Below, one piece after another: positions 10,370 through 19,399 of a stretch of 64,000 bases of DNA. A program made the translations under genes and the position numbers. The first letter of the stretch is position 1, and each line of letters opens with the position of its first letter. The notes below the pieces were generated by a model. That model was not told where the DNA came from. It ran no database searches and saw only the letters and a list, made by a program, of their open reading frames with translations. This stretch comes from an uncultured Oscillospiraceae bacterium (GTDB lineage Bacteria > Bacillota > Clostridia > Oscillospirales > Oscillospiraceae): positions 58,945 to 122,944 of the forward strand of contig CAKTKU010000002.1 of NCBI GenBank assembly GCA_934572335.1, read 5' to 3'.

Positions 10370-10978
10370 TCACTTCATGCCGTGCAGCAGTCTGTCGCCG
10401 ACAGCGCCGCCCGGATGGATGACCGCAAACTGCTCGCGCGTATAGCCGGTCATCTGCATAAGCGCGATGCAGATGGCGTCGAACACAGAAATGACCGCCA
10501 GCGTGCTCGCCGTGGCAAGCATGTTGAACCGGCACGGCTCGCGCGCGACCTTGACGCGCAGATATATGTCCGCCTCGCGCGCAATGACGGAGTCGGGATT
10601 CTCCGACACGCCGATGAGCAGCGCCTTCTTTGTCTTGCAGGCAGGGATGAGATTTGTAAGCTCGCTCGTGTTGCCGCCCTTGCTGATGAGGATGAGCACG
10701 TCCTCCCCCTGCAATACGCCAAGCGCGCCGTGCACCGCGTCAGACGGCGAGAGGAAGAGCGCGGGTATTTCTATGCAGCTGAGCGAGTGGGCGACCTTTT
10801 TCGCCGCCATGGCGGATGTGCCGCAGCCGGAGAGGATGACCTTCCCCTTGCAGTTCATCAGCGCCTTCGCCACTGCGACGACCGTCCCGCCGTCCAGCTC
10901 GGACGTGAGCGCGCGCAGCTCGTCCGCCTCCATGGTTATTGTACGGTTGACCTCCGCCAGTATCTCATTATCGTTCAT
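10370..10978 (-). CDS. SIS-domain sugar-phosphate isomerase-like protein (HxlB/KpsF N-domain-like)
   Basis: 202 aa; LSGCGTSAMAAKK phosphosugar-binding motif, ILISKGGNTSE; single SIS domain. Confidence 0.75.
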   Translation of the reverse strand: MNDNEILAEVNRTITMEADELRALTSELDGGTVVAVAKALMNCKGKVILSGCGTSAMAAKKVAHSLSCIEIPALFLSPSDAVHGALGVLQGEDVLILISKGGNTSELTNLIPACKTKKALLIGVSENPDSVIAREADIYLRVKVAREPCRFNMLATASTLAVISVFDAICIALMQMTGYTREQFAVIHPGGAVGDRLLHGMK

Positions 10979-11157
10979 ATTTACCTCCCGGGCGCCCTGC
11001 GGTCTTTGACCGAAAGCGCCTTATGCGTTTTTAGCTCTAATATCATCTTTATATCATTATGCTTTGACGGCAGTCAATAGCGCGGCGCACTTTGGCGGCG
11101 AACTTGACATACGCCCTCACCATGCGCACAAAAACGCGCACAAATGAGCAGCTATGT

Positions 11158-11919
11158 TCAGTCCTCCGGGTAGATGAGCCTGTCGCCCAAAAGCTCCTTA
11201 AGCGCGCTGTTTGTCGGGCGCTTATCCGTGACGATATAGTCTATCTCGTGCAGCGAGAAGAGATTGAAGAAATACTGCTTGCCGAATTTCGTGCTGTCGC
11301 AGAGGAGGATATGGAGCTTGGAATTGCGGTAGAACGCGCGCTTGACGGCGACGTTCTCATCGCTGAACTCCATCGCCCCCTGCTCCTGCGTGAAGCCCGC
11401 GCAGGAGAAAAAGAACACGTCCGCGTACATCCCCTCTATGCTTTTTATTGCGATGTTGCCCGTCAGCTCTCCCCATGGCGAGCGCAGGTAGCCGCCGCAG
11501 GAAAGTATGGAAAGCTTGGGCGAACTGCTCATATTCGCGATTATATCCACGCCGTTCGTTGCGATCTTCACATCCGGGTACCCCGTCAGGCGCGAGGCGA
11601 GAACGGCGCTCGTCGAGCTGGAATCAAAAAAATACGTCGACGACGGGCGCAGAAAGCGGCTGGCAAGCTCCGCAATTTTGACCTTTTCCGCGAGCTGCTG
11701 GGTCTTTCTGAGCTGGGCAGGCGTATCAAAGGTGCTGCCGGCGGTGAGCACCGCGCCGCCGTGCACGCGCTTGAGTATTCCCTGCTCCTCCAGCTCCGAC
11801 AGGTCGCGGCGGATGGTGCTGGCGCTGGCGTAGAGCCGCGCGGACAGCTCCTGCACGGTGACGGTGTTGTGCTGGCTGAGATATGAAAGTATCTGCTGCT
11901 GTCGTTCTTTTGTGAGCAT
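11158..11919 (-). CDS. DeoR/GlpR-family transcriptional regulator
   Basis: N-terminal wHTH (TVQELSARLYASASTIRRDLSELEEQG) plus C-terminal DeoR sugar-phosphate sensor domain; 253 aa. Confidence 0.85.
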   Translation of the reverse strand: MLTKERQQQILSYLSQHNTVTVQELSARLYASASTIRRDLSELEEQGILKRVHGGAVLTAGSTFDTPAQLRKTQQLAEKVKIAELASRFLRPSSTYFFDSSSTSAVLASRLTGYPDVKIATNGVDIIANMSSSPKLSILSCGGYLRSPWGELTGNIAIKSIEGMYADVFFFSCAGFTQEQGAMEFSDENVAVKRAFYRNSKLHILLCDSTKFGKQYFFNLFSLHEIDYIVTDKRPTNSALKELLGDRLIYPED

Positions 11920-12203
11920 AGCTTTCCCTCCGTTTGCTCATTTATGGCGGTATTTGCGCGATTTCACTTGATTAAAAATATCATATTCCAATATGCTTGT
12001 CAAATGTTACGGTAATATTGACGAAAAACAATGAAAATGTTATAAAGGAGCAGAGCTGTTTTCGACAGTTTGACAGCTGACAGAGCCTCAAGCCGGCAAT
12101 CATCTGGCTTATGATAATCAGTTTTGATTATATCTTGCTCGTTTTTTCCGCATTTCCTGCATATTTGCTCACCATATATATGCTATTCGGAGGGTTATCA
12201 TCC

Positions 12204-13325
12204 ATGAGCGTTGGCATCAACATTGAACACGCGGTAAAGCGTTATGGCAGCAACACGATCATTCCTGATCTCTCGCTGCACATCCGCCCCGGTGAGTTTT
12301 TCACCCTGCTTGGTCCGTCCGGCTGCGGCAAAACCACTCTTCTGCGAATGATTGCGGGTTTCAACACAATCGAAGGCGGTGAATTCAAATTCGGCGAGAA
12401 GCGCATAAACGATCTCGACCCCGCAAAGCGCAACATCGGCATGGTGTTTCAGAATTACGCCATTTTCCCGCACCTGACGGTCAGGAAGAATGTTGAGTTC
12501 GGGCTTAAAAACCGCCATGTCCCCAAGGCGGAGATCGCCGCGCGCAGTGACGAATACATGAAGCTCGTGCACGTGGACGAATATGCCGAGCGTATGCCGG
12601 AGCGTCTTTCCGGCGGGCAGCAGCAGCGCGTCGCGCTCGCCCGCGCGCTCGTCATCGAGCCGGATGTTCTGCTGATGGATGAGCCTTTGTCCAATCTTGA
12701 CGCAAAGCTGCGTGTTGAAATGCGCAGTGTTATAAAGCGCATACAAAACGACGTAGGCATTACGACTGTGTATGTCACGCACGATCAGGAAGAGGCGATG
12801 GCCGTCTCCGACCGCATCGCCGTGATGAATCAGGGTGTTATACAGCATATCGGCACACCCAAGGACATATATCAGCGTCCGGCGAATGTCTTTGTCGCGA
12901 CGTTCATCGGCAGGACGAATATGCTGGACGGCAAGCTCGCATTTAGTGACGGGAAATACACGCTCACCCTCCCCGGCGGGTACACTGTCGTGCTGGACAC
13001 TGTGGCGGCAGGCGCGGCGGAAAATCAGGATGTGTGCATTTCCGTCCGCCCGGAGGAATTCATCGTCAGCCGCGAGAGCGGTCTCGGCATGAGCGCTGTT
13101 GTGACGGACAGCGTGTTCCTCGGTCTCAACACGCACTACACGCTCACCCTCGCCACAGGCGAGGAGGTTGAGACGATTCAGGAATCCTCCATTGACTCCA
13201 TCATCGAAAAGGGCAGCACCGTGTCCCTCACGGTCAAGACAGAAAAGATAAACGTGTTCACTGCCGACGGAACGGCAAACCTCCTGCGCGGTGTGCACAA
13301 CGACCTTGAGGAGGGTTCGGTATGA
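12204..13325 (+). CDS. ABC transporter ATP-binding protein, PotA/FbpC type with C-terminal TOBE domain
   Basis: Walker [10 protein letters not shown], signature [15 protein letters not shown], Walker B LLMDEPLSNLD, H-loop VTHD. ORF track starts at 12111; ATG at 12204 has a GGAGGG RBS (MSVGINIEH...). Confidence 0.85.
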   Translation: MSVGINIEHAVKRYGSNTIIPDLSLHIRPGEFFTLLGPSGCGKTTLLRMIAGFNTIEGGEFKFGEKRINDLDPAKRNIGMVFQNYAIFPHLTVRKNVEFGLKNRHVPKAEIAARSDEYMKLVHVDEYAERMPERLSGGQQQRVALARALVIEPDVLLMDEPLSNLDAKLRVEMRSVIKRIQNDVGITTVYVTHDQEEAMAVSDRIAVMNQGVIQHIGTPKDIYQRPANVFVATFIGRTNMLDGKLAFSDGKYTLTLPGGYTVVLDTVAAGAAENQDVCISVRPEEFIVSRESGLGMSAVVTDSVFLGLNTHYTLTLATGEEVETIQESSIDSIIEKGSTVSLTVKTEKINVFTADGTANLLRGVHNDLEEGSV

Positions 13326-14974
13326 GCGCCGGACGGAAAAAGTTCGAGATATGGACTGCAATATCCCTTGCGCTGTTTTTGATGTTTGCGGTGTTCTTCA
13401 TCTACCCGATATGCACACTGCTGCGTCAGGCATTCACGACAAAGGAAGCCGCGTTAACACTCGACAACTTCATCAAGTTTTTCAGCAAGCCCTACTACTA
13501 TAATACCATCTTCAACAGCTTCAAGGTCTCGCTTGCCGTCATGGCGGTCTCTCTCGCCATCGGCATCGTCATGTCATATTTCTACTCGTTCTACGAGCTG
13601 AAAGGGTCAAAGTTCATCCTCGTTTCCAGCATACTGTGCTGCATGTCCGCGCCGTTCATCGGGGCATATGCGTGGATACTGCTGCTTGGGCGTTCGGGCG
13701 CGATGACGCTCATGCTCAAGGCACTCGGGATAAAGGTGGGCAGTATATACGGCTTCGGCGGCATTCTGCTCGTACAGGCGACAAAGCTGTACCCGCTCGT
13801 GATGATCTACATGAACGGTATGTTCGCCAATCTCGACAACAGTCTCATGGAGGCCTCGTCCAACCTCGGCTGCACGGGTCTGCGCCGGTTTTTCAGCGTT
13901 GTTCTGCGCCTCTCCATGCCCACGATCCTCGCCGCCGCGCTGTTGGTATTCATGCGCGCGTTCGCCGACTTCGGCACGCCCATACTCATCGGCGAGGGCT
14001 ACCGTACCTTCACGGTCGAGATATACAAGCAGTTTCTGAGTGAGACGGGCTCGGACTATGGCTTTGCATCCGCTATCAGCGTCATCGCCATCATCCTCAC
14101 CGCCGCCATCTTCCTCCTGCAAAAATACGCGACCAACAAGTTCAGCTTCACAATGAACGCGCTGCACCCCATCGAGAAGAAAAAGCCGCACGGCATCGGC
14201 GGCGTACTGATGCACGTGTTCTGCTATCTGACAGTCGCGGTGTCCATGCTGCCGCAGCTTTACATCATTTACGTGTCGTTCCGCAACTCCAAAATGGGCG
14301 TGTTCCAAGAGGGGTACTCTCTGGCGAACTACCGCTCCGCGATAGATAAGCTCCTGCTGCGCGCGACGAAGAACACCGTCCTCGTCGGCATTGTGGCGCT
14401 CGCCGCGATAATCATCCTCGCTGTGATGATCTCATATCTCGTTGTGCGCCGCCCCAACGCGCTCAACCACACTATCGACACCATCTCAATGCTGCCGTAC
14501 ATCATGCCCGGCTCCGTCATCGCCATCGCGCTTGTCATAGGCTTCGGGAAGAAGCCGCTCGTGCTGACCGGCACGCTGACGATAATGATAATGGCAGTCA
14601 TCATACGCCGTCTGCCGTATACGACGCGCTCTGCCACGGCGACGCTCATGCAGATACCGATGTCGATCGAAGAGGCCGCCATCAGCCTCGGCGCGAACAA
14701 GATGAAGACCTTCTTCAAGGTGACAGTCCCGATGATGTCCTCCGGCATCATCTCCGGCGCGATACTCAGCTGGGTATCCATCGTGACGGAAGTTTCCAGT
14801 GCCGCGATACTCTACAACAACCGCTCCATCACTCTCACTGTCGGCACGTACACCGCCGTGAATCGCGGCAACCTCGGCGAGGCCGCCGCCTTTGCCGCCG
14901 TGACGACCGTGCTGACCGCCATTTCCCTTGTGATATACCTCATCATCAACAAGGGCAAGCAGATGGAGCTATAA
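13322..14974 (+). CDS. ABC transporter permease, fused double permease domain (FbpB/iron(III)- or 2-AEP-type)
   Basis: 550 aa with two tandem permease repeats each carrying an EAA-like loop; ATGA start/stop overlap with the upstream ATPase. Confidence 0.8.
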   Translation: MSAGRKKFEIWTAISLALFLMFAVFFIYPICTLLRQAFTTKEAALTLDNFIKFFSKPYYYNTIFNSFKVSLAVMAVSLAIGIVMSYFYSFYELKGSKFILVSSILCCMSAPFIGAYAWILLLGRSGAMTLMLKALGIKVGSIYGFGGILLVQATKLYPLVMIYMNGMFANLDNSLMEASSNLGCTGLRRFFSVVLRLSMPTILAAALLVFMRAFADFGTPILIGEGYRTFTVEIYKQFLSETGSDYGFASAISVIAIILTAAIFLLQKYATNKFSFTMNALHPIEKKKPHGIGGVLMHVFCYLTVAVSMLPQLYIIYVSFRNSKMGVFQEGYSLANYRSAIDKLLLRATKNTVLVGIVALAAIIILAVMISYLVVRRPNALNHTIDTISMLPYIMPGSVIAIALVIGFGKKPLVLTGTLTIMIMAVIIRRLPYTTRSATATLMQIPMSIEEAAISLGANKMKTFFKVTVPMMSSGIISGAILSWVSIVTEVSSAAILYNNRSITLTVGTYTAVNRGNLGEAAAFAAVTTVLTAISLVIYLIINKGKQMEL

Positions 14975-15036
14975 CAAGGTTCATTCGTGCGAAAGCACAT
15001 TGATAAAACACAAAAAACAAAAAAGGAGACCAGCAA

Positions 15037-16110
15037 ATGAAAAAGTTACTCGCACTCATCCTCGCACTGACCATGGTCTTCGTGCTGTGCGCCTGCGGCC
15101 AGCAGTCCGCCCCAGCCGAAGCCCCCGCAGCCGACGCCGAGACCCCCACCGAGGAGGCCCCGCTTTCCGGCACTGTCGTCATATACAGCACGCAGACCGA
15201 TGTTGACCACGAGGTATTCCTCAACATCTTCAACGAGCTTTACCCCGATGTCAATGTTGAGTTCATCAGCGGCTCTCTCGGTGAGCTGACCGCCCGTGTC
15301 GACGCTGAAAAGGAAAATCCTCAGGCCGACATCATCTTCGGCGGTCTCTCCCAGACCGACGGCGACCAGTACATCGACCTGCTTCAGGAGTACACCCCGA
15401 AGTACGCCGATGACTGCGCAGTCGAATCCAACGGCTACTACACCTACTTCACCTATCAGTACATCTGCCTCATCAAGAACACCGAACTGCTCGCTGAGCT
15501 GGGCGTTGATGTGAACGGCTATGCCGACCTGCTCCAGCCGGAGCTCAAGGGCAAGATCATTCAGGCCGACCCCTCCGCTTCCTCCTCCGCATGGCGTCAG
15601 CTGCAAACCATGCTCTACCTCATGGGCGATGAGTTTGGCGACGAGAAGGCTTGGGATTACCAGCACCAGCTCATGGAGAACTGCGACGGCGTCATCTCCA
15701 CCAGCTCTTCCGCTTGCTACAAGAACGTGTATAACGGCGAGTATGCCGTCGGCCTCACCTACGACAACGGCGCTATCTCCCTGCTGATGAGCGGCGCGGA
15801 CAATGTTGAGATCGTGTGGCCGGTCGAGGGCAACACCGTGTGCGCCTTCGCCTCCGCGATGGTCAAGAACTGCCCGCATCCCGAGCTTGCGGCCGCCGTG
15901 CTTGATGTTCTCTCCTCCGCCGACTTCCAGCTCGCCCGTGAAAAGGCAGCCGGTTCCCGCGGCACCAACACCACCTATGTCAACGACGAGAGCTACTTCC
16001 CCGCCGACCTTGACGATGGCGTTGTCCCCATGGACTTTGCCAAGATGTCCGCTGAAAAGTCCGACCTCATCGCAAAGTGGACCGATATGTGGGCAAGCAT
16101 CAACGGCTAA
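15037..16110 (+). CDS. ABC transporter substrate-binding lipoprotein (SBP family 1, Fe3+/FbpA-like)
   Basis: Lipoprotein signal MKKLLALILALTMVFVLCACG (lipobox LCAC-G), low-complexity linker, then periplasmic binding fold. Confidence 0.75.
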   Translation: MKKLLALILALTMVFVLCACGQQSAPAEAPAADAETPTEEAPLSGTVVIYSTQTDVDHEVFLNIFNELYPDVNVEFISGSLGELTARVDAEKENPQADIIFGGLSQTDGDQYIDLLQEYTPKYADDCAVESNGYYTYFTYQYICLIKNTELLAELGVDVNGYADLLQPELKGKIIQADPSASSSAWRQLQTMLYLMGDEFGDEKAWDYQHQLMENCDGVISTSSSACYKNVYNGEYAVGLTYDNGAISLLMSGADNVEIVWPVEGNTVCAFASAMVKNCPHPELAAAVLDVLSSADFQLAREKAAGSRGTNTTYVNDESYFPADLDDGVVPMDFAKMSAEKSDLIAKWTDMWASING

Positions 16111-16132
16111 AACCCCATCTATAACTTTTCAC

Positions 16133-16163
16133 AAAAGGCACACCCCGCGCGGGGTGTGCCTTT
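16133..16163. terminator. bidirectional intrinsic terminator
   Basis: Perfect palindrome AAAGGCACACCCCGCGCGGGGTGTGCCTTT between convergent genes. Confidence 0.65.
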
Positions 16164-16178
16164 ACCGTTTCTATGGTC

Positions 16179-16919
16179 TTACCACCACTTGATGGCATCC
16201 TCGACGTGCACGCGCTTTTCGATGAACTCGGGCGACGCGATGTCGCGCGGGCGCGGCATATCAAGGCGCAGGTCCTCTTTTATGCTCGCGGGCTTATTCG
16301 TGAGGATGAGCACTCTGTCGGCGAGATAGCACGCCTCTTCCACATTGTGCGTGATGAAGAGCACCGTGCTGCCAAGCTCCTGCCAGAGACGCACGACCTC
16401 GTCCTCAAGATAGAAGCGGGTCTTTATGTCCATCTGGCCGTAAGGCTCGTCCATCAGCAGGAGGTCGGGCTCCATCGCGAACGCGCGCCCGATGACGACC
16501 TTCTGCTCTGTGCTGACCGACAGCTCATGCGGATACTGCTTTCTGCTCTTTGTCAGCCCCATGAGCTCTATTATCTTGTCGGTCTGCTCCTTTATGCGCT
16601 TCTTCGGCCATCCCTTTATCTCCATGCCGAAAGCGATGTTATCCTCGACCGTGAGCCACGGCATTGCCGACGGCTCCTGAAAGACGAAGGAGAGATTGTG
16701 CTTGCGCGGGTCCGCCTTCTCGCCGTCGATGAGTATTTCGCCGGAGGTCGGCTCTATGAGGCAGGTGAGGGTGTTGAGAAACGTCGTTTTGCCGCAGCCG
16801 GTAGGACCGACGACACAGACGAACTCGCCCTTGCCTATATTGAAATTGCAGTTTTTCAAAACTTCGAGGGAGCCGAAGTTTTTGCAGAGGTTGCGTACCT
16901 CGACCTTGTACTCGCTCAT
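16179..16919 (-). CDS. ABC transporter ATP-binding protein (NitT/TauT family) with degenerate signature motif
   Basis: Walker A GPTGCGKTT, Walker B LLLMDEP, H-loop ITHN; the position of the LSGGQ signature reads LSVSTEQKV instead. Confidence 0.8.
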   Translation of the reverse strand: MSEYKVEVRNLCKNFGSLEVLKNCNFNIGKGEFVCVVGPTGCGKTTFLNTLTCLIEPTSGEILIDGEKADPRKHNLSFVFQEPSAMPWLTVEDNIAFGMEIKGWPKKRIKEQTDKIIELMGLTKSRKQYPHELSVSTEQKVVIGRAFAMEPDLLLMDEPYGQMDIKTRFYLEDEVVRLWQELGSTVLFITHNVEEACYLADRVLILTNKPASIKEDLRLDMPRPRDIASPEFIEKRVHVEDAIKWW

Positions 16920-16931
16920 TCTATCTTCACC

Positions 16932-17708
16932 TCATTCCAGCGTGAGCGCTTCGTTGGCTGCGATCTCCTGGCGGATGCGCATGAAGTCCTCGGACACGTG
17001 GCTTCTCGGTCTCTGGAGCGAGCTGAGATCGTACACGCGCTTGACCTTTGCCGGGCGCTCCGTGAACTGTATAATGCGGTCGCCGAGCGTGACGGCTTCC
17101 TCGATATTGTTCGTGACGAACACTATCGTGCGCTTTTCCGTCTGCCAGATGCGCAGTATCTCTTCCTCCATGGCGTAGCGCGTCTGCGCGTCGAGCGCGC
17201 CGAACGGCTCATCCATGAGGAGTATTTCGGGGTTTGCGGTGTACGCGCGCGCAATGCCGACGCGCTGCTTCATGCCGCCGGACAGCGCATGGGGATAGGC
17301 GTTTTCAAAGCCCTGAAGCCCGACGAGCTCAAGGTACTTCTGCGCCGCCGCGCGGCGCTCCGCCTTCGGCACGTTTCTGTATTTCAGCCCGAGCTCCGCG
17401 TTCTCCATGGCGGTCTTCCACTCGTAGAGACCGGTCTTCTGGAAGACCATCGCGATGCGGCTGTCAGTGCCGCTGATGGGCTTGCCGTTGAGCGTGATCG
17501 TGCCGGAGGTCGCCTTCACGAGCCCGGCGATGATGTTGAGAAACGTCGTCTTGCCGCACTGGCCGGGACCGAGCAGGACAAGAAACTCGTTCTCACGCAC
17601 ATCGATGGATATGTCCTCTATCGCGTCGGTATCTCCCTTGGACGAAAAGAACGTCTTTGCGATATGGTCAGCCTGCAGTATTATTTTCTCTTCCACGGAC
17701 ACAGCCAC
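16932..17708 (-). CDS. ABC transporter ATP-binding protein (NitT/TauT family), canonical
   Basis: Walker A GPGQCGKTT, canonical signature LSGGMKQRVGIARA, Walker B LLMDEPFGALD, H-loop VTNN. Confidence 0.85.
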   Translation of the reverse strand: MAVSVEEKIILQADHIAKTFFSSKGDTDAIEDISIDVRENEFLVLLGPGQCGKTTFLNIIAGLVKATSGTITLNGKPISGTDSRIAMVFQKTGLYEWKTAMENAELGLKYRNVPKAERRAAAQKYLELVGLQGFENAYPHALSGGMKQRVGIARAYTANPEILLMDEPFGALDAQTRYAMEEEILRIWQTEKRTIVFVTNNIEEAVTLGDRIIQFTERPAKVKRVYDLSSLQRPRSHVSEDFMRIRQEIAANEALTLE

Positions 17709-18481
17709 CTTTCCAAAAAGTCAAAGCCATAGGCGAACAGCGCGCCGAACGCGCCTATCATGACCATGCCGACAATGGCAAGCGTGAGGTCATTGGCGCT
17801 GCTGCCCTGCATGATGAGGAAGCCGATGCCCTCGCGCGCGCCGAGCATTTCCGACGCGAGCAGCACCATCCAGCCGCCGCCGAGCGCCGTGCGTATGCCG
17901 GCGAAAATGGCGTTGAGCGAACTGGGCAGGACGACATCAAAGAGCATATCCGTGCTCTTCGCGCCGAACACGCGGCCGACCTGAAAGTTTATCTCCGGCA
18001 CCATGATAACGCCGGAATACGAGTTGATGACGATGGGCATGAACACGCCCATTGTGATGATGGCGACGCGGGAGAACTCCGTCGTGCCGAACCACAGCGT
18101 GAAAAGCGGGACCCACGCGATGGGCGGGACGGGTCTGATGACCTCAAAAAGCGGTTTGAATATGGCGCGGAACATCTTGCTCCACCCCATGGCGATGCCG
18201 AAGGGCACGCCCACCACCACGGAGAACAGCAGCGCCGTGAGCACGCGGCGCATGGAGATCCACACGTGGTATATCATCGGGTGCTTGGCAACGTTGCCCG
18301 ACCAGATCGTTATCAGCCTTCTGAGCGAGGCGTAGGGGCTGGGCAGCTGGGTGGTGCCGGTGGCGGAGACGTTCTGCCACAGCAGCAGAAACGCCGCGAT
18401 GAGCAGATACGGCCCGATATAATATATAGTCTTATAGAGCGCGCTGCGGTTTTCCAGCAGCGGATTTTTCTTAGTTTTCAT
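17681..18481 (-). CDS. ABC transporter permease (NitT/TauT family, SsuC-like)
   Basis: 266 aa, 6 TM pattern, EAA-like loop; overlaps neighbours by a few nt. Confidence 0.8.
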   Translation of the reverse strand: MKTKKNPLLENRSALYKTIYYIGPYLLIAAFLLLWQNVSATGTTQLPSPYASLRRLITIWSGNVAKHPMIYHVWISMRRVLTALLFSVVVGVPFGIAMGWSKMFRAIFKPLFEVIRPVPPIAWVPLFTLWFGTTEFSRVAIITMGVFMPIVINSYSGVIMVPEINFQVGRVFGAKSTDMLFDVVLPSSLNAIFAGIRTALGGGWMVLLASEMLGAREGIGFLIMQGSSANDLTLAIVGMVMIGAFGALFAYGFDFLERWLCPWKRK

Positions 18482-19314
18482 TTTTTAGGTCTCCATTTCA
18501 ACACGACTCTCTCAACGAGTCCGACAATGCCGGATGAGATGAAGCCAAGTATGCCGATGACGATAATGCCCGCCATGATGAGGGACACGCTGCCGAAGGA
18601 GCGTCCCATCTGTATCATATAGCCGAGACCGTTGGACGAGGCGAGCATTTCTGCCGCGACGATAGTACCCCATGCGCTTCCCATTGAGGTTTTAAGCCCT
18701 GCAAATATCATGGGCATAGCGGAGGGAATGCCCACCTTGCAGAAAATCTTGAAGTTTCCGGCGCCGCAGGTCTTTGCGACATTTATGAGGGTCTGGTTTG
18801 TCGAGCGCACGCCGGTGTAGGTGTTGAGCACCGTGGCGACAAAGCACCCGGTAAATATGATGACGGACCTCGCCTCCACACCGATGCCGAGGAACAAGAG
18901 CACGATGGGTATCCATGCAAGGCTCGGTATAGGGCGCACCATCTCAAAAAGCGGGCGGATTATACGGTCGCAGAGGCGGAACCACCCCATGAAGAGACCG
19001 AGAGGTATCCCAATGACCGCCGCCAGAAGGAACCCGAGCCAGACGACCTTGGCGCTGGCCCAAATATGCTGGATGAGCACGCCGCCGTCGGGCTTTTTGT
19101 CCGTGACCTTTCTTGCGATGGTCTCAATGACGCCGACGGGCGAATCAAAAAATCTGGTGCTGACAAGGTGGAACTGAACGGCAAGCTGCCACACGAGCAG
19201 CACGAAGAGGACGACCACCACGCTGACGGTGAAGTACTTCATGCTCTCCCGGCGCATTGCCTTCGTTTCGGCGATGCGCGCTTCAGCCCGAATCTGTGCG
19301 TAATCTTTTTCCAT
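18478..19314 (-). CDS. ABC transporter permease (NitT/TauT family, SsuC-like), second copy
   Basis: 278 aa paralogue of the adjacent permease. Confidence 0.8.
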   Translation of the reverse strand: MEKDYAQIRAEARIAETKAMRRESMKYFTVSVVVVLFVLLVWQLAVQFHLVSTRFFDSPVGVIETIARKVTDKKPDGGVLIQHIWASAKVVWLGFLLAAVIGIPLGLFMGWFRLCDRIIRPLFEMVRPIPSLAWIPIVLLFLGIGVEARSVIIFTGCFVATVLNTYTGVRSTNQTLINVAKTCGAGNFKIFCKVGIPSAMPMIFAGLKTSMGSAWGTIVAAEMLASSNGLGYMIQMGRSFGSVSLIMAGIIVIGILGFISSGIVGLVERVVLKWRPKK

Positions 19315-19399
19315 AAAATGTTCTCCTATGTGCAGCTGATCCCATTCCCCGGTAATCCGGGGAATGGGACAAGACCGACATTTTCAGTCTTTCCGGGGA

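Noticed and set aside
8704-10422. 572-aa plus-strand ORF
   Set aside because: Antisense to spoVAD and the G1PDH-like gene; Arg-rich; no domain signatures.
16173-17732. 519-aa plus-strand ORF
   Set aside because: Antisense to the two ABC ATPase genes, which carry unambiguous Walker motifs on the minus strand.
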